Source: Nanobdellota archaeon (GTDB lineage: Archaea > Nanobdellota > Nanobdellia > Pacearchaeales > GW2011-AR1). Taken from it: a stretch of 64,000 nt of DNA. Numbering within the stretch: position 1 is the first letter of the stretch; each line of letters begins with the position of its first letter. Both the position numbers and the translations under genes were made by a program. The stretch is from the NCBI GenBank assembly GCA_038044925.1, contig JBBSZC010000004.1:11166-75165 (forward strand). The letters are read 5' to 3'. Of the stretch, positions 9,106 to 17,582 are shown in pieces. The notes beneath the pieces are model-generated. The model saw only the letters and a program-made list of their open reading frames with translations. It was not told the DNA's origin and ran no database searches.

Positions 9106-9594
9106 TCAGCAAGCTTTTGATAATTCTTCAGGGAAGAAATAGGTTTCTGAAAAAACACGACCATCTCGAGTCACTGCTGGGGGCAATATCTCACCAATAA
9201 AAGAAAAACCTTGAATCTTTTCTAGTAATGTTCCGATAGATTCTGAATGTTCCAAACCTTCTAGAAAAGAACTAACTGAATCGCATTCTTTTGGTTTAAG
9301 TCTCATCATAGGATCATCACACTCAACTATAGCTCTTTTTCCTACGTAAAATCCTTGGGGTGCATAAATTCTTCCAATAGGAGTCTGTTGCCAATCAGCT
9401 CCATCAATATCTCCAGCACCACATTCTCTTCCAGTACTCCAACCCCTAATCCATACGCTGGTTTCATCTCTTTGAATAATTTTATATTTATAAATAGCTC
9501 CAAGTCCATCTTCTGTAGGAATCTTAGTTAATTTATGATCAAGAATTTCCATCCGATGGATTGTTAGTCTTTCTGTCGGTCTATTTATAATCAT
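9106..9594 (-). CDS. hypothetical protein
   Basis: 162-aa ORF with an upstream TATA-like box; no recognised motif. Confidence 0.65.
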   Translation of the reverse strand: MIINRPTERLTIHRMEILDHKLTKIPTEDGLGAIYKYKIIQRDETSVWIRGWSTGRECGAGDIDGADWQQTPIGRIYAPQGFYVGKRAIVECDDPMMRLKPKECDSVSSFLEGLEHSESIGTLLEKIQGFSFIGEILPPAVTRDGRVFSETYFFPEELSKAC

Positions 9595-9684
9595 ATCTTA
9601 ACTTCTGATTGATATTATTTAAAAGAATTATTGTCTTTCAAGATATATAAAAACGTTTATAAACGTATTTTTTTTGATGTTAGT

Positions 9685-10074
9685 ATGGTCTTTAAAATTA
9701 TTAATGCGACTGAAGTAAAAGTAGGTACTAATATTATTGTTGATGGAATTCCTTGTATTGTTAAGAAAATAGATATTTCTAAAACAGGAAAGCATGGACA
9801 TGCTAAATGCAGAATAGAAGCTATTGGAATAATTACTGGAGTGAAAAAGGTTTTTGTAATCCCGGGGCATAATAGACTAGAAGTTCCCAATGTTGATAAA
9901 AGAAAGGGGCAGGTTTTATCGACTGGGAATAATATTAGTATAATGGACTTAGAAAGTTTTGAAACTTTAGAAGTTCCTTGCCCAGATGAAGAAGTTAAAA
10001 ATGAAATTAACGAAGGAGATAATGTAGAGTATTGGGATATTGAAGGAGAAAAAATAATCAAAAGGAAGGTATAA
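9685..10074 (+). CDS. eif5a: translation factor aIF5A
   Basis: Hypusine motif SKTGKHGHAK. Confidence 0.97.
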   Translation: MVFKIINATEVKVGTNIIVDGIPCIVKKIDISKTGKHGHAKCRIEAIGIITGVKKVFVIPGHNRLEVPNVDKRKGQVLSTGNNISIMDLESFETLEVPCPDEEVKNEINEGDNVEYWDIEGEKIIKRKV

Positions 10075-10083
10075 ATAAAAAAT

Positions 10084-10245
10084 ATGGCAAAAATAATAGA
10101 GGCATCAAATAGAATTTTTAAGAATGTTTTTGTCTGTAAAAAATGCAGCTCCAAACAAAGGGCAGACCCTTTAAAAATCTTTAATGGAAAGATAAAGTGC
10201 AGGAAATGCCACGGAAAAGCATTCCGCCCATTAAAGAGGAAATAG
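10084..10245 (+). CDS. rpl40e: 50S ribosomal protein L40e
   Basis: Not in the ORF track; MAKIIEASNRIFKNVFVCKKC..KCRKCHGKAFRPLKRK (53 aa). Confidence 0.9.
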   Translation: MAKIIEASNRIFKNVFVCKKCSSKQRADPLKIFNGKIKCRKCHGKAFRPLKRK

Positions 10246-10256
10246 AGGTAGGATAA

Positions 10257-11711
10257 ATGATAACTAATTATGAAATATTTGATATATCTGCATTAATAAT
10301 CCTTGTTGCAATATTATCTTTTTACTTGTATAAGAATAAATCAAAATTAAAAACAGAAGGAGCTTTATTATTATATAAAACTTCATGGGGGGTAAAACTT
10401 ATCGATTATATTGGGAAGAGATATAAAAATAGCTTGAAAGTTCTTAGTTATGTTTCTATATTTTTTGGATATATATTAATGATTAGCATATCTTATTTAT
10501 TTGCAAATACTTTTTGGAGTTATTTAACTAAGCCGGAGCTTGCAGAAACAATTAAAGCTCCTCCAATTGCTCCATTGATCCCTTATTTTCCGCAATTATT
10601 CGGATTGAGCAATTATTTTCCTGTTTTCTACGGACTTTATTTTATAGTTGCTATTCTTATTGTCGCTACAGTTCATGAATTTTCTCATGGAATTTTTGCT
10701 AGAAGATATGGAGTTAAAATCAAATCAACTGGATTTGCATTCTTAAAATATTTTCCCGCTATATTCGGTGCTTTTGTAGAGCAGGATGATAAAGACATGA
10801 ATAAAAAAACCAAGTTCCAGCAAATGTCAATTTTATCTGCAGGGGTCTTTGCAAATTTGATTATTACAGTGCTGTTCTTTTTCTTTGTAATTATATATTT
10901 TAATTTGATGTTCATTCCTTCTGGAGTTATTTTCAGTGGTTATAGTTATTCTCCTGTAAGTATAAATGAAATAACTTCTGTGAATGGTGTTATGATAGAA
11001 AATTCAAATTATAATAAAATACTAAATATAACTGAAAATTTTAATGAAACGGTTTTGTTTAAAGTAACTGCCGGAGATAAAAGTTATCTAGCGAATGGAC
11101 AATTTTTAAAAGCTCAAGAAAATAGCAGCTATATATATTTATTCGAAGACGCACCTGCAATAAATGTAAAGCTTAATGGGATAATTGTTAAATTAAATGA
11201 AGAAAATGTTAAAAATTTCAATGATTTTGAGAAAAAATTCTCCAAGCTTTCTCCTGGAGAAAAGATAATCATAACAACAAAAATTCCTAATGGATATAAA
11301 GAGAATGAAATTCTTTTAGGAGAAAATCCAAGAATAAACGGCAAGGCATATTTAGGAGTTATGTTTGTTAATGGAAAAAATTACTTTTATGGCGAGTTTA
11401 TACATTTTTTCACTTCACTTAAACAGGAGAATCTTTACTTTAAAGGAAATACTTTTTATGAGTCTAGGTATTTGAAATTTTCTGAATTTTTTTACTATCT
11501 GCTATGGTGGATAGTTTTCATAAACTTGCTAGTTGCATTATTTAATATGCTTCCATTAGGAATTCTCGACGGAGGAAGGTTCTTTTATTTGACTATTTTA
11601 GGAATTACAAACTCTAAAAAAATCGCAGAATTTTCATTTAAAGGAATAACTTATCTAATATTATTACTTCTTGCTTTAATCATGGTTAGATGGGTTTTTG
11701 CAATAATTTAA
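10257..11711 (+). CDS. site-2 protease (peptidase M50)
   Basis: HEFSH, AGVFAN, NMLPLGILDGG, several TM helices. Confidence 0.93.
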   Translation: MITNYEIFDISALIILVAILSFYLYKNKSKLKTEGALLLYKTSWGVKLIDYIGKRYKNSLKVLSYVSIFFGYILMISISYLFANTFWSYLTKPELAETIKAPPIAPLIPYFPQLFGLSNYFPVFYGLYFIVAILIVATVHEFSHGIFARRYGVKIKSTGFAFLKYFPAIFGAFVEQDDKDMNKKTKFQQMSILSAGVFANLIITVLFFFFVIIYFNLMFIPSGVIFSGYSYSPVSINEITSVNGVMIENSNYNKILNITENFNETVLFKVTAGDKSYLANGQFLKAQENSSYIYLFEDAPAINVKLNGIIVKLNEENVKNFNDFEKKFSKLSPGEKIIITTKIPNGYKENEILLGENPRINGKAYLGVMFVNGKNYFYGEFIHFFTSLKQENLYFKGNTFYESRYLKFSEFFYYLLWWIVFINLLVALFNMLPLGILDGGRFFYLTILGITNSKKIAEFSFKGITYLILLLLALIMVRWVFAII

Positions 11712-11777
11712 TAAAAGAAAAAGATATATAAATGAGATAATATTAAATATATTATAAAAGAGGTAAGTTAATAAAAA

Positions 11778-11819
11778 ATGGCTAAGAAAAGAAAAGCAGC
11801 AAAGAAGAAAAGAAGATAG
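11778..11819 (+). CDS. candidate 13-aa basic micropeptide MAKKRKAAKKKRR
   Basis: Own TATA-like box (about 11724-11732), GAGGT at 11760-11764, downstream T-rich hairpin. Confidence 0.5.
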   Translation: MAKKRKAAKKKRR

Positions 11820-11885
11820 TTGGCCTCTTATTTTTGACTTTTTATAGTCAAAAAGATTTAAATCCTCATTCTTTATTTATTTTTT

Positions 11886-12899
11886 ATGATTACAAGCAAC
11901 TTAAAGAAAATTCTTCAAAAACAACATTATGAACTTATTGGAAAGAACGAACATTCTGCTGTTCAAATATGCAGATGGACGAAGAAATCTATAAAAAATC
12001 AGGGGGCTTGTTATAAAGAAAAATTTTATGGTATTGAAAGCCATAGATGTTGCCAGATGAGTCCTGCTGTTGTTTGGTGTGATAATAAATGTCTGCATTG
12101 CTGGAGAGCTATTGAATTAACTCTTGGAAATAATATAAAGAGTATTAACGGAAAAATAGATTCTCCTTCAGAAATTATTGATGGATGTATAAAAGCTCAG
12201 AGAAAATTATTATCCGGGTTTAAAGTAGACGAGAAATCATGGAAAAAACAACTGAGCAAAGCAGATATGAAAAAATATCAAGAATCTCAAGAGCCAATGC
12301 AGTTCGCAATTTCTCTTTCAGGAGAGCCAACATTGTATGAAAAAATTGGAGATTTGATTGAGGAGTTGAGAAAAAAAGGAAAGACTAGTTTTCTTGTTAC
12401 GAATGGATTGCATCCTGAAAAAATAATAGAACTCGAGGGGAAAAAACAATTGCCAACGCAGTTATATATTTCTGTAAATGCTCCAAATGAAGAATTATAC
12501 AAAAAAATCCATAGAAGTTCTATGAAAAATGCATGGAAAAAGTTAAACGAAACTTTAGAATTGCTTGCAAAGTTGAGAGAAAAAACAAGAACAATTTTCA
12601 GAATGAATTTGATTAGAGAATTAAATATGTACGATGAAAACATTAAAGAATATGCAGAGCTGATAAAAAAGGCAAACCCCTTATTTGTTGAATTAAAGGG
12701 ATATATGGCGGTTGGTTTTGCAAGAAAAAGGCTTGGATATGAAAAAATGCCTTCTGATAGAGAAATGAAAACTTTTGCAGAAAAATTAGCAAAAGAAATA
12801 AAATTAAAAATTCTTGACAGCCATGAATATTCTAGGGCTTATGTTTTAGGCAGAGAAGAAGATGGGGAAAGATTGAAAATTAAGGAGAGGGAGATTTGA
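11886..12899 (+). CDS. taw1: 4-demethylwyosine synthase (radical SAM, Taw1/TYW1)
   Basis: HSAVQICRWTK, CYKEKFYGIESHRC, CDNKCLHCWR, AISLSGEPT. Confidence 0.95.
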   Translation: MITSNLKKILQKQHYELIGKNEHSAVQICRWTKKSIKNQGACYKEKFYGIESHRCCQMSPAVVWCDNKCLHCWRAIELTLGNNIKSINGKIDSPSEIIDGCIKAQRKLLSGFKVDEKSWKKQLSKADMKKYQESQEPMQFAISLSGEPTLYEKIGDLIEELRKKGKTSFLVTNGLHPEKIIELEGKKQLPTQLYISVNAPNEELYKKIHRSSMKNAWKKLNETLELLAKLREKTRTIFRMNLIRELNMYDENIKEYAELIKKANPLFVELKGYMAVGFARKRLGYEKMPSDREMKTFAEKLAKEIKLKILDSHEYSRAYVLGREEDGERLKIKEREI

Positions 12900-12906
12900 T
12901 TAAATC

Positions 12907-13401
12907 TTATTTATCTCCTAAATTAAAATTTTTATATTCTCCTGTTTTTAAATCAATATAAATTCCTTCGGTATAATCAAATTTTCCTGAAAAATCCTTT
13001 TGAAAAAATTCTCTTAAAAACCATTTAGGAAAATAGTGCATAAATTCTAGATGAGTTACTGCTAAACAATTTTTAGTTGATTTGTTCTTATTTGCGAAAT
13101 TTATAAAATTTTCAAGAGCAGTTATTCCTTCTCCATATAAAGACGAATGAGTCCAAAGAGATTCCAAACATGCAGGCCACTCTCTACCATCCCGAAGGTA
13201 TTTTAGTCCATCCATTAAAACTAAAGCTGTTTCAATTGCCCTTCTTTCAGTAGAAGAAAATGGCGTGATCTTAGCGACAATATTGGGATTGACTAAACCA
13301 ATAAGTTCTTTAACTTGGGTTTTTCCTCTCTCGCTTAGTCTTCTATCTTTTGCTTCTCCGTGCCTAATTAAAAATAATCCTTCATAATTTAACTTTTCCA
13401 T
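12907..13401 (-). CDS. histidine phosphatase family protein (SixA-like)
   Basis: LIRHGE, RAIETA, AVTH. Confidence 0.8.
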   Translation of the reverse strand: MEKLNYEGLFLIRHGEAKDRRLSERGKTQVKELIGLVNPNIVAKITPFSSTERRAIETALVLMDGLKYLRDGREWPACLESLWTHSSLYGEGITALENFINFANKNKSTKNCLAVTHLEFMHYFPKWFLREFFQKDFSGKFDYTEGIYIDLKTGEYKNFNLGDK

Positions 13402-13402
13402 C

Positions 13403-13753
13403 TTACAAATCAATTACCCCGTCTCTAGTTAATGCGGCGAATCTTACTCCTACTGGGATTGATAATAATGCGGAAATCAGGGCCATGTGTTCTTTTCCAT
13501 CGCCAGATGCGATACTTAAAGCAACCTCTGTTCCATTGATTTTTCCTTTTAATTTGTCTCTAATTTCGTCTCTGAGTTCTTTAATTTTTTTCCCTGTATT
13601 TATTTCAATAAATTCTATAGGCTTTTCAATTTTAAATTCGCTTGCAAATTTATCCCCTAAAACTATAATGTTTTCCCATTCTCCATATTTAATAAGTCCT
13701 GCGACTTGCGCCCATGTTCCTTTTCCTGAAGACAATAAAGCTACTAATTCCAT
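13403..13753 (-). CDS. conserved hypothetical protein
   Basis: 116-aa ORF with GKGTW and SGDGKEHMA motifs. Confidence 0.75.
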   Translation of the reverse strand: MELVALLSSGKGTWAQVAGLIKYGEWENIIVLGDKFASEFKIEKPIEFIEINTGKKIKELRDEIRDKLKGKINGTEVALSIASGDGKEHMALISALLSIPVGVRFAALTRDGVIDL

Positions 13754-13871
13754 GATTAAATAAAAAAACCTGTGTTTTTAAGAATTGTTAGCATAGAAAA
13801 TATTTATAAGTTATCAATAAAACTATAGAAAACCTTATAAACTAAAAATTTCTGGGAGTTTTGCATTAAAT

Positions 13872-13930
13872 AAACCACACTACATCATTGAGAGAGATAT
13901 TCTATACTCTCGGTGCATAGGTAGTAGGTA
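13872..13930 (+). promoter_or_regulatory. candidate structured leader of the rpl1 operon
   Basis: 5' UTR stems ACTAC/GTAGT and GAGAG/CTCTC between the TATA box (13835-13841) and rpl1. Confidence 0.4.
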
Positions 13931-13937
13931 TTTGACA

Positions 13938-14570
13938 ATGGCATTAAAAGAAGAATTAGAGAAAGCTTTAGCTGAATTGAGAAAGAACAATGAAGAAAGA
14001 AAATTCAAGCAGTCAGTAGACTTAATCATAAATTTGCAAAAATTTGACGCCAAAAAGACTCCTTTAAATTTATTTGTTCAGGTTCCAAATCAAATCAAAG
14101 AGAAAAAAATTGCTGGTTTTTTAGAGATTAAACATAAAAAAATAGATATTTTTACAGATGCTGAATTTAGAAAATATTCTGATAAAAAAGAAATAAAAAA
14201 ACTTGTGAATAAATATGATTTCTTTATTGCTCAGGCTAGCCTCATGCCTAAGGTTGCATCAACTTTTGGCAGAATTTTAGGGCCTGCAGGAAAAATGCCT
14301 TCACCCCAGCTTGGAATATTAATAAATGTCGACGAAAAAAATGTAAATGAACTTCTAGAAAAAATAAATAGAAGTGTCAAGATAAGGGTAAAAGAGCCAA
14401 GCATTAAAGTTGCTATAGGAAAAGAAAACATGAAAGATGAAGAAATTATTGAAAATATATTGGCTGTTTATAATTTCGTTTTAAAAAATCTTCCAAAAGA
14501 AAAAGAGAATCTGAAAAATCTTGAAATTAAATTTACTATGAGCAAGCCTCAAAAGATAAAATTATCTTAA
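13938..14570 (+). CDS. rpl1: 50S ribosomal protein L1 (uL1)
   Basis: RKFKQSVDLIINL, GRILGPAGKMP. Confidence 0.96.
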   Translation: MALKEELEKALAELRKNNEERKFKQSVDLIINLQKFDAKKTPLNLFVQVPNQIKEKKIAGFLEIKHKKIDIFTDAEFRKYSDKKEIKKLVNKYDFFIAQASLMPKVASTFGRILGPAGKMPSPQLGILINVDEKNVNELLEKINRSVKIRVKEPSIKVAIGKENMKDEEIIENILAVYNFVLKNLPKEKENLKNLEIKFTMSKPQKIKLS

Positions 14571-14578
14571 GAATAAAA

Positions 14579-15376
14579 ATGAAAATTAATAGAGAAAAAC
14601 CAATACCAAAAAGAAAGATTCGGGAGGTAAAAGAATTAAAAGAGCTAGCTGGAACTAAAAGGACTATTTTAATCGCATCTATAAAAAATCTTCCAGACTC
14701 GCAATTCCAAGCAATAAAAAAGAAATTAAGAGGAAAAGCTGAAATAAAAGTTCCTAAAAAAAACATAATACTCAGGGCATTGAACTCTGTTGGAAAAGAA
14801 AATATCAATAAGCTTAGTAAAAAAATTGATGCAGATTGTGCTATAATTTTCTCTGATTTAGAAGCATATGAATTAGCAGGAGAGCTATTAAAAAATAAAA
14901 GCTCTATCAAAGCTAAGTCAGGGCAAGAATCTCCTGAAGATATAGAAATTTCAGAAGGGCCAACTGAGTTAGTCCCAGGACCTGCAATAAGCGAATTAGG
15001 AGCTTTAGGAATTCAGATAAAAATAGAAGGTGGAAAAATAATAATAAAGACTCCAAAAATAATTGCAAAAAAAGGAGAAAAAATCTCACAAGGAGCTGCA
15101 GACATAATGAATAAATTGGGCATAAAACCATTTTCAATTGGATTTGTACCTCTGGTTGCAATTGACAACAAAGAAGAAAAAATTTATACTAACATAAAAA
15201 TAGACAGAGAAGCAACATTAAAAGAATTAAAGAAAGCATTTGGAAGAGCTCTGCCTTTTGCAGTCAATTCAGGCTATGTTTCAGAAGACACAATTAAATT
15301 TTTAATAACTAAAGCGGGAAGACATGAAAAGGCCTTGTCAAAATTAATGATTAAGGAGGGAATTAATAATGAGTGA
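14579..15376 (+). CDS. rpl10: 50S ribosomal protein L10 (uL10/P0), C-terminally short
   Basis: GPTELVPGPAISELGALGI.IKIEGGKI. Confidence 0.95.
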   Translation: MKINREKPIPKRKIREVKELKELAGTKRTILIASIKNLPDSQFQAIKKKLRGKAEIKVPKKNIILRALNSVGKENINKLSKKIDADCAIIFSDLEAYELAGELLKNKSSIKAKSGQESPEDIEISEGPTELVPGPAISELGALGIQIKIEGGKIIIKTPKIIAKKGEKISQGAADIMNKLGIKPFSIGFVPLVAIDNKEEKIYTNIKIDREATLKELKKAFGRALPFAVNSGYVSEDTIKFLITKAGRHEKALSKLMIKEGINNE

Positions 15377-15665
15377 AGGTACAACGAGAGTTTACAGGAA
15401 AGAAGATTTTGATGAAGAGATTAAATTCGTTAATAAATTATTGAGTGATTTGGATAAACTAGATAGAGAGTGGAAAATAAGGAATGAGGCTAGAAAATAT
15501 ATGTTAATAGGAGAAATTACTGATAAAAAGTTAAATAAAGAACCTAGAAAGTTTTATGAAAATGAAAGAGAGGGTATATTAAATCATATAAGAGTTATAC
15601 AATCTAATATTATTGCATATTATGTCTTTAATACTCCTCAAGAAAATCGTAAAGGGGATAGATAA
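15369..15665 (+). CDS. orphan protein between rpl10 and rpl12
   Basis: 98-aa ORF overlapping the rpl10 stop, GGAGG upstream. Confidence 0.7.
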   Translation: MSEGTTRVYRKEDFDEEIKFVNKLLSDLDKLDREWKIRNEARKYMLIGEITDKKLNKEPRKFYENEREGILNHIRVIQSNIIAYYVFNTPQENRKGDR

Positions 15666-15733
15666 ACAAAAATGGAATACATAAAAAAACAGGAATTTTT
15701 TTAGCATCCCATTTTTAACGAAATAAATAAAAA

Positions 15734-16024
15734 ATGGAATACATATACAGTGCACTTTTGTTGCACAAACTTGGAAAAGAAATAAACGAAGAAAATATCC
15801 GAAAGCTTGTAGAAGCAGCTGGAGCAAGTGCTGATGATTCAAAAATCAAGTCAGTAGTTGCTAGTTTAAAGGGTGTTGATATAGTAGCTGAACTTGCAAA
15901 TGCAAGTATGGCTGTTGCTGCGCCTGCACAATCTGGAGCAGTCGCTGAAGCAAAAAAAGAAGAAAAGCCAAAAGAAGAGAAAAGAGAAGCTGCAGCAGAA
16001 GGATTAAGCGCACTCTTCGGATAA
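15734..16024 (+). CDS. rpl12: 50S ribosomal protein L12 (P1)
   Basis: MEYIYSALLLH..., C-terminal AAEGLSALFG. Confidence 0.97.
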   Translation: MEYIYSALLLHKLGKEINEENIRKLVEAAGASADDSKIKSVVASLKGVDIVAELANASMAVAAPAQSGAVAEAKKEEKPKEEKREAAAEGLSALFG

Positions 16025-16181
16025 TTTTACTTTTAATTTTGCATGTCCGAAGAGCCTCATATTCATAGTTTGACTTTTTTTAATAGCCCTCAAAAGGTGG
16101 AAAAATATGTCATTAACTTTGCAATGTTTTCATAAAAATAATTCAAGATAGTTTTTTAAATATCTTTTTCTTATTTTCCTA

Positions 16182-17372
16182 ATGAAGGTTGTGATTTTGG
16201 GTTATGGTTCTGTGGGATCTGTATTGTCTAAGATGCTTTCAAAAGAAAAAAGAGTAAAGGAAATTATATGCTGCGGTATAAATTTTAAGAGAAAGCAAGA
16301 AGATGAAAGAGTTATCCATAAAATAATTGATTTAACTGATGAAAAAAAGCTCGTAGAATTTCTTAACAAAGAAAAGCCAGATGCTGTTGTTAATGCTACC
16401 CATCCGAAATTTAATTTGAATATAATGAAGGCTTGCATCAAAGCGAAAGTTAATTACATTGATACAGCTTCTTTTTGGGATTTTGACCCTAATCCAAAAG
16501 CTAAAATTCCATATAAGATGGAACAAACAGACCACAATAAGGATTTCCTTAAGAATAACAAGATTGGTTTAATCGAAGCAGGGGTTGCTCCAGGAATGGA
16601 TAATTTAATGGCTGCAGAATGCGCTTCTGAATTAGATGAAGTTGATTATATTAAAATTAGGATGGTTGAAGACACTGGAAGCAACGAGATTTATTTTCCG
16701 TGGAATAAAGAATGGTTGCTTGATGAACTTAGCACTAAACCAATAGTTTACGAAAATGGAGTTTTCAAATTAGTTGACAGTTTTGGAGCCGAAGAAGAAT
16801 ACACTTTCCCTGAACCGATTGGAAAAAGAAAAACCTACTACTTTGCGCAGGATGAGGTTGGTTCAATTCCGTTGCATATAAAAACCAAAAAACTAGATGT
16901 AAAAATTCATGACAATAATATTAGTGTTTTCAAAACCTTACTTGCTTTAGGATTGCTTTCTGAGAAAAAAATTTCAGTTGATGGAGTTAAAGTTAAACCA
17001 TTAAGCGTTTTAACAAAACTTTTGCCAAATCCTATTCCCGGAGAAGAGAAGAAATTTCCTGAAGCAAGGTTTGCTATGTCTGTTGAAGCCATTGGAAAAA
17101 TAAACAAAAAGAAAAAGATAGTCAAATGTTCAATAGTTTTTCCAGCCCAAAAAGATATCAACAAGTTAGGACTTGATGCCAATTTTATTTCTTATCCAAC
17201 AGCGCTATCTATAAAGCTCTTTCTTATGGAAATACCAAACATAACAAAAAGAGGAGTCTTTCCTCCAGAAATTCTCGAGAAAGTTATCAGAAAAAGAATA
17301 TTAAATGAATTGAAAAAAATCAAACAAATAAATTTTACAAAGAAAATGGTAGCATGTTTTAGCCAGATATAG
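16182..17372 (+). CDS. saccharopine dehydrogenase / carboxynorspermidine synthase family oxidoreductase
   Basis: GYGSVG Rossmann motif, NYIDTA, GVAPG..N, GVFPPE. Confidence 0.85.
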   Translation: MKVVILGYGSVGSVLSKMLSKEKRVKEIICCGINFKRKQEDERVIHKIIDLTDEKKLVEFLNKEKPDAVVNATHPKFNLNIMKACIKAKVNYIDTASFWDFDPNPKAKIPYKMEQTDHNKDFLKNNKIGLIEAGVAPGMDNLMAAECASELDEVDYIKIRMVEDTGSNEIYFPWNKEWLLDELSTKPIVYENGVFKLVDSFGAEEEYTFPEPIGKRKTYYFAQDEVGSIPLHIKTKKLDVKIHDNNISVFKTLLALGLLSEKKISVDGVKVKPLSVLTKLLPNPIPGEEKKFPEARFAMSVEAIGKINKKKKIVKCSIVFPAQKDINKLGLDANFISYPTALSIKLFLMEIPNITKRGVFPPEILEKVIRKRILNELKKIKQINFTKKMVACFSQI

Positions 17373-17496
17373 TAGATAAAACAGGGATGCATAAAGTGAA
17401 GTTACACGTATTCTAGATAATTTAGAAGGAAGGGGTTTGATAGAGAGAAAGAGAAGGGGGATGTCAAGCATTATTATTTTGAATAGAACTAATTGA
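17339..17496 (+). pseudogene. remnant of a MarR-like winged-helix protein (C-terminal part)
   Basis: Reads KENGSMF*PDIVDKTGMHKV / frameshift / VTRILDNLEGRGLIERKRRGMSSIIIL. Confidence 0.65.
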
Positions 17497-17582
17497 AACT
17501 AGTTACTTACAAACCTATATAAGCAGTTTCAATTTCACTTTTTTATATTTTCAGCATAAACAGAAAATAATTGAAACTAACA

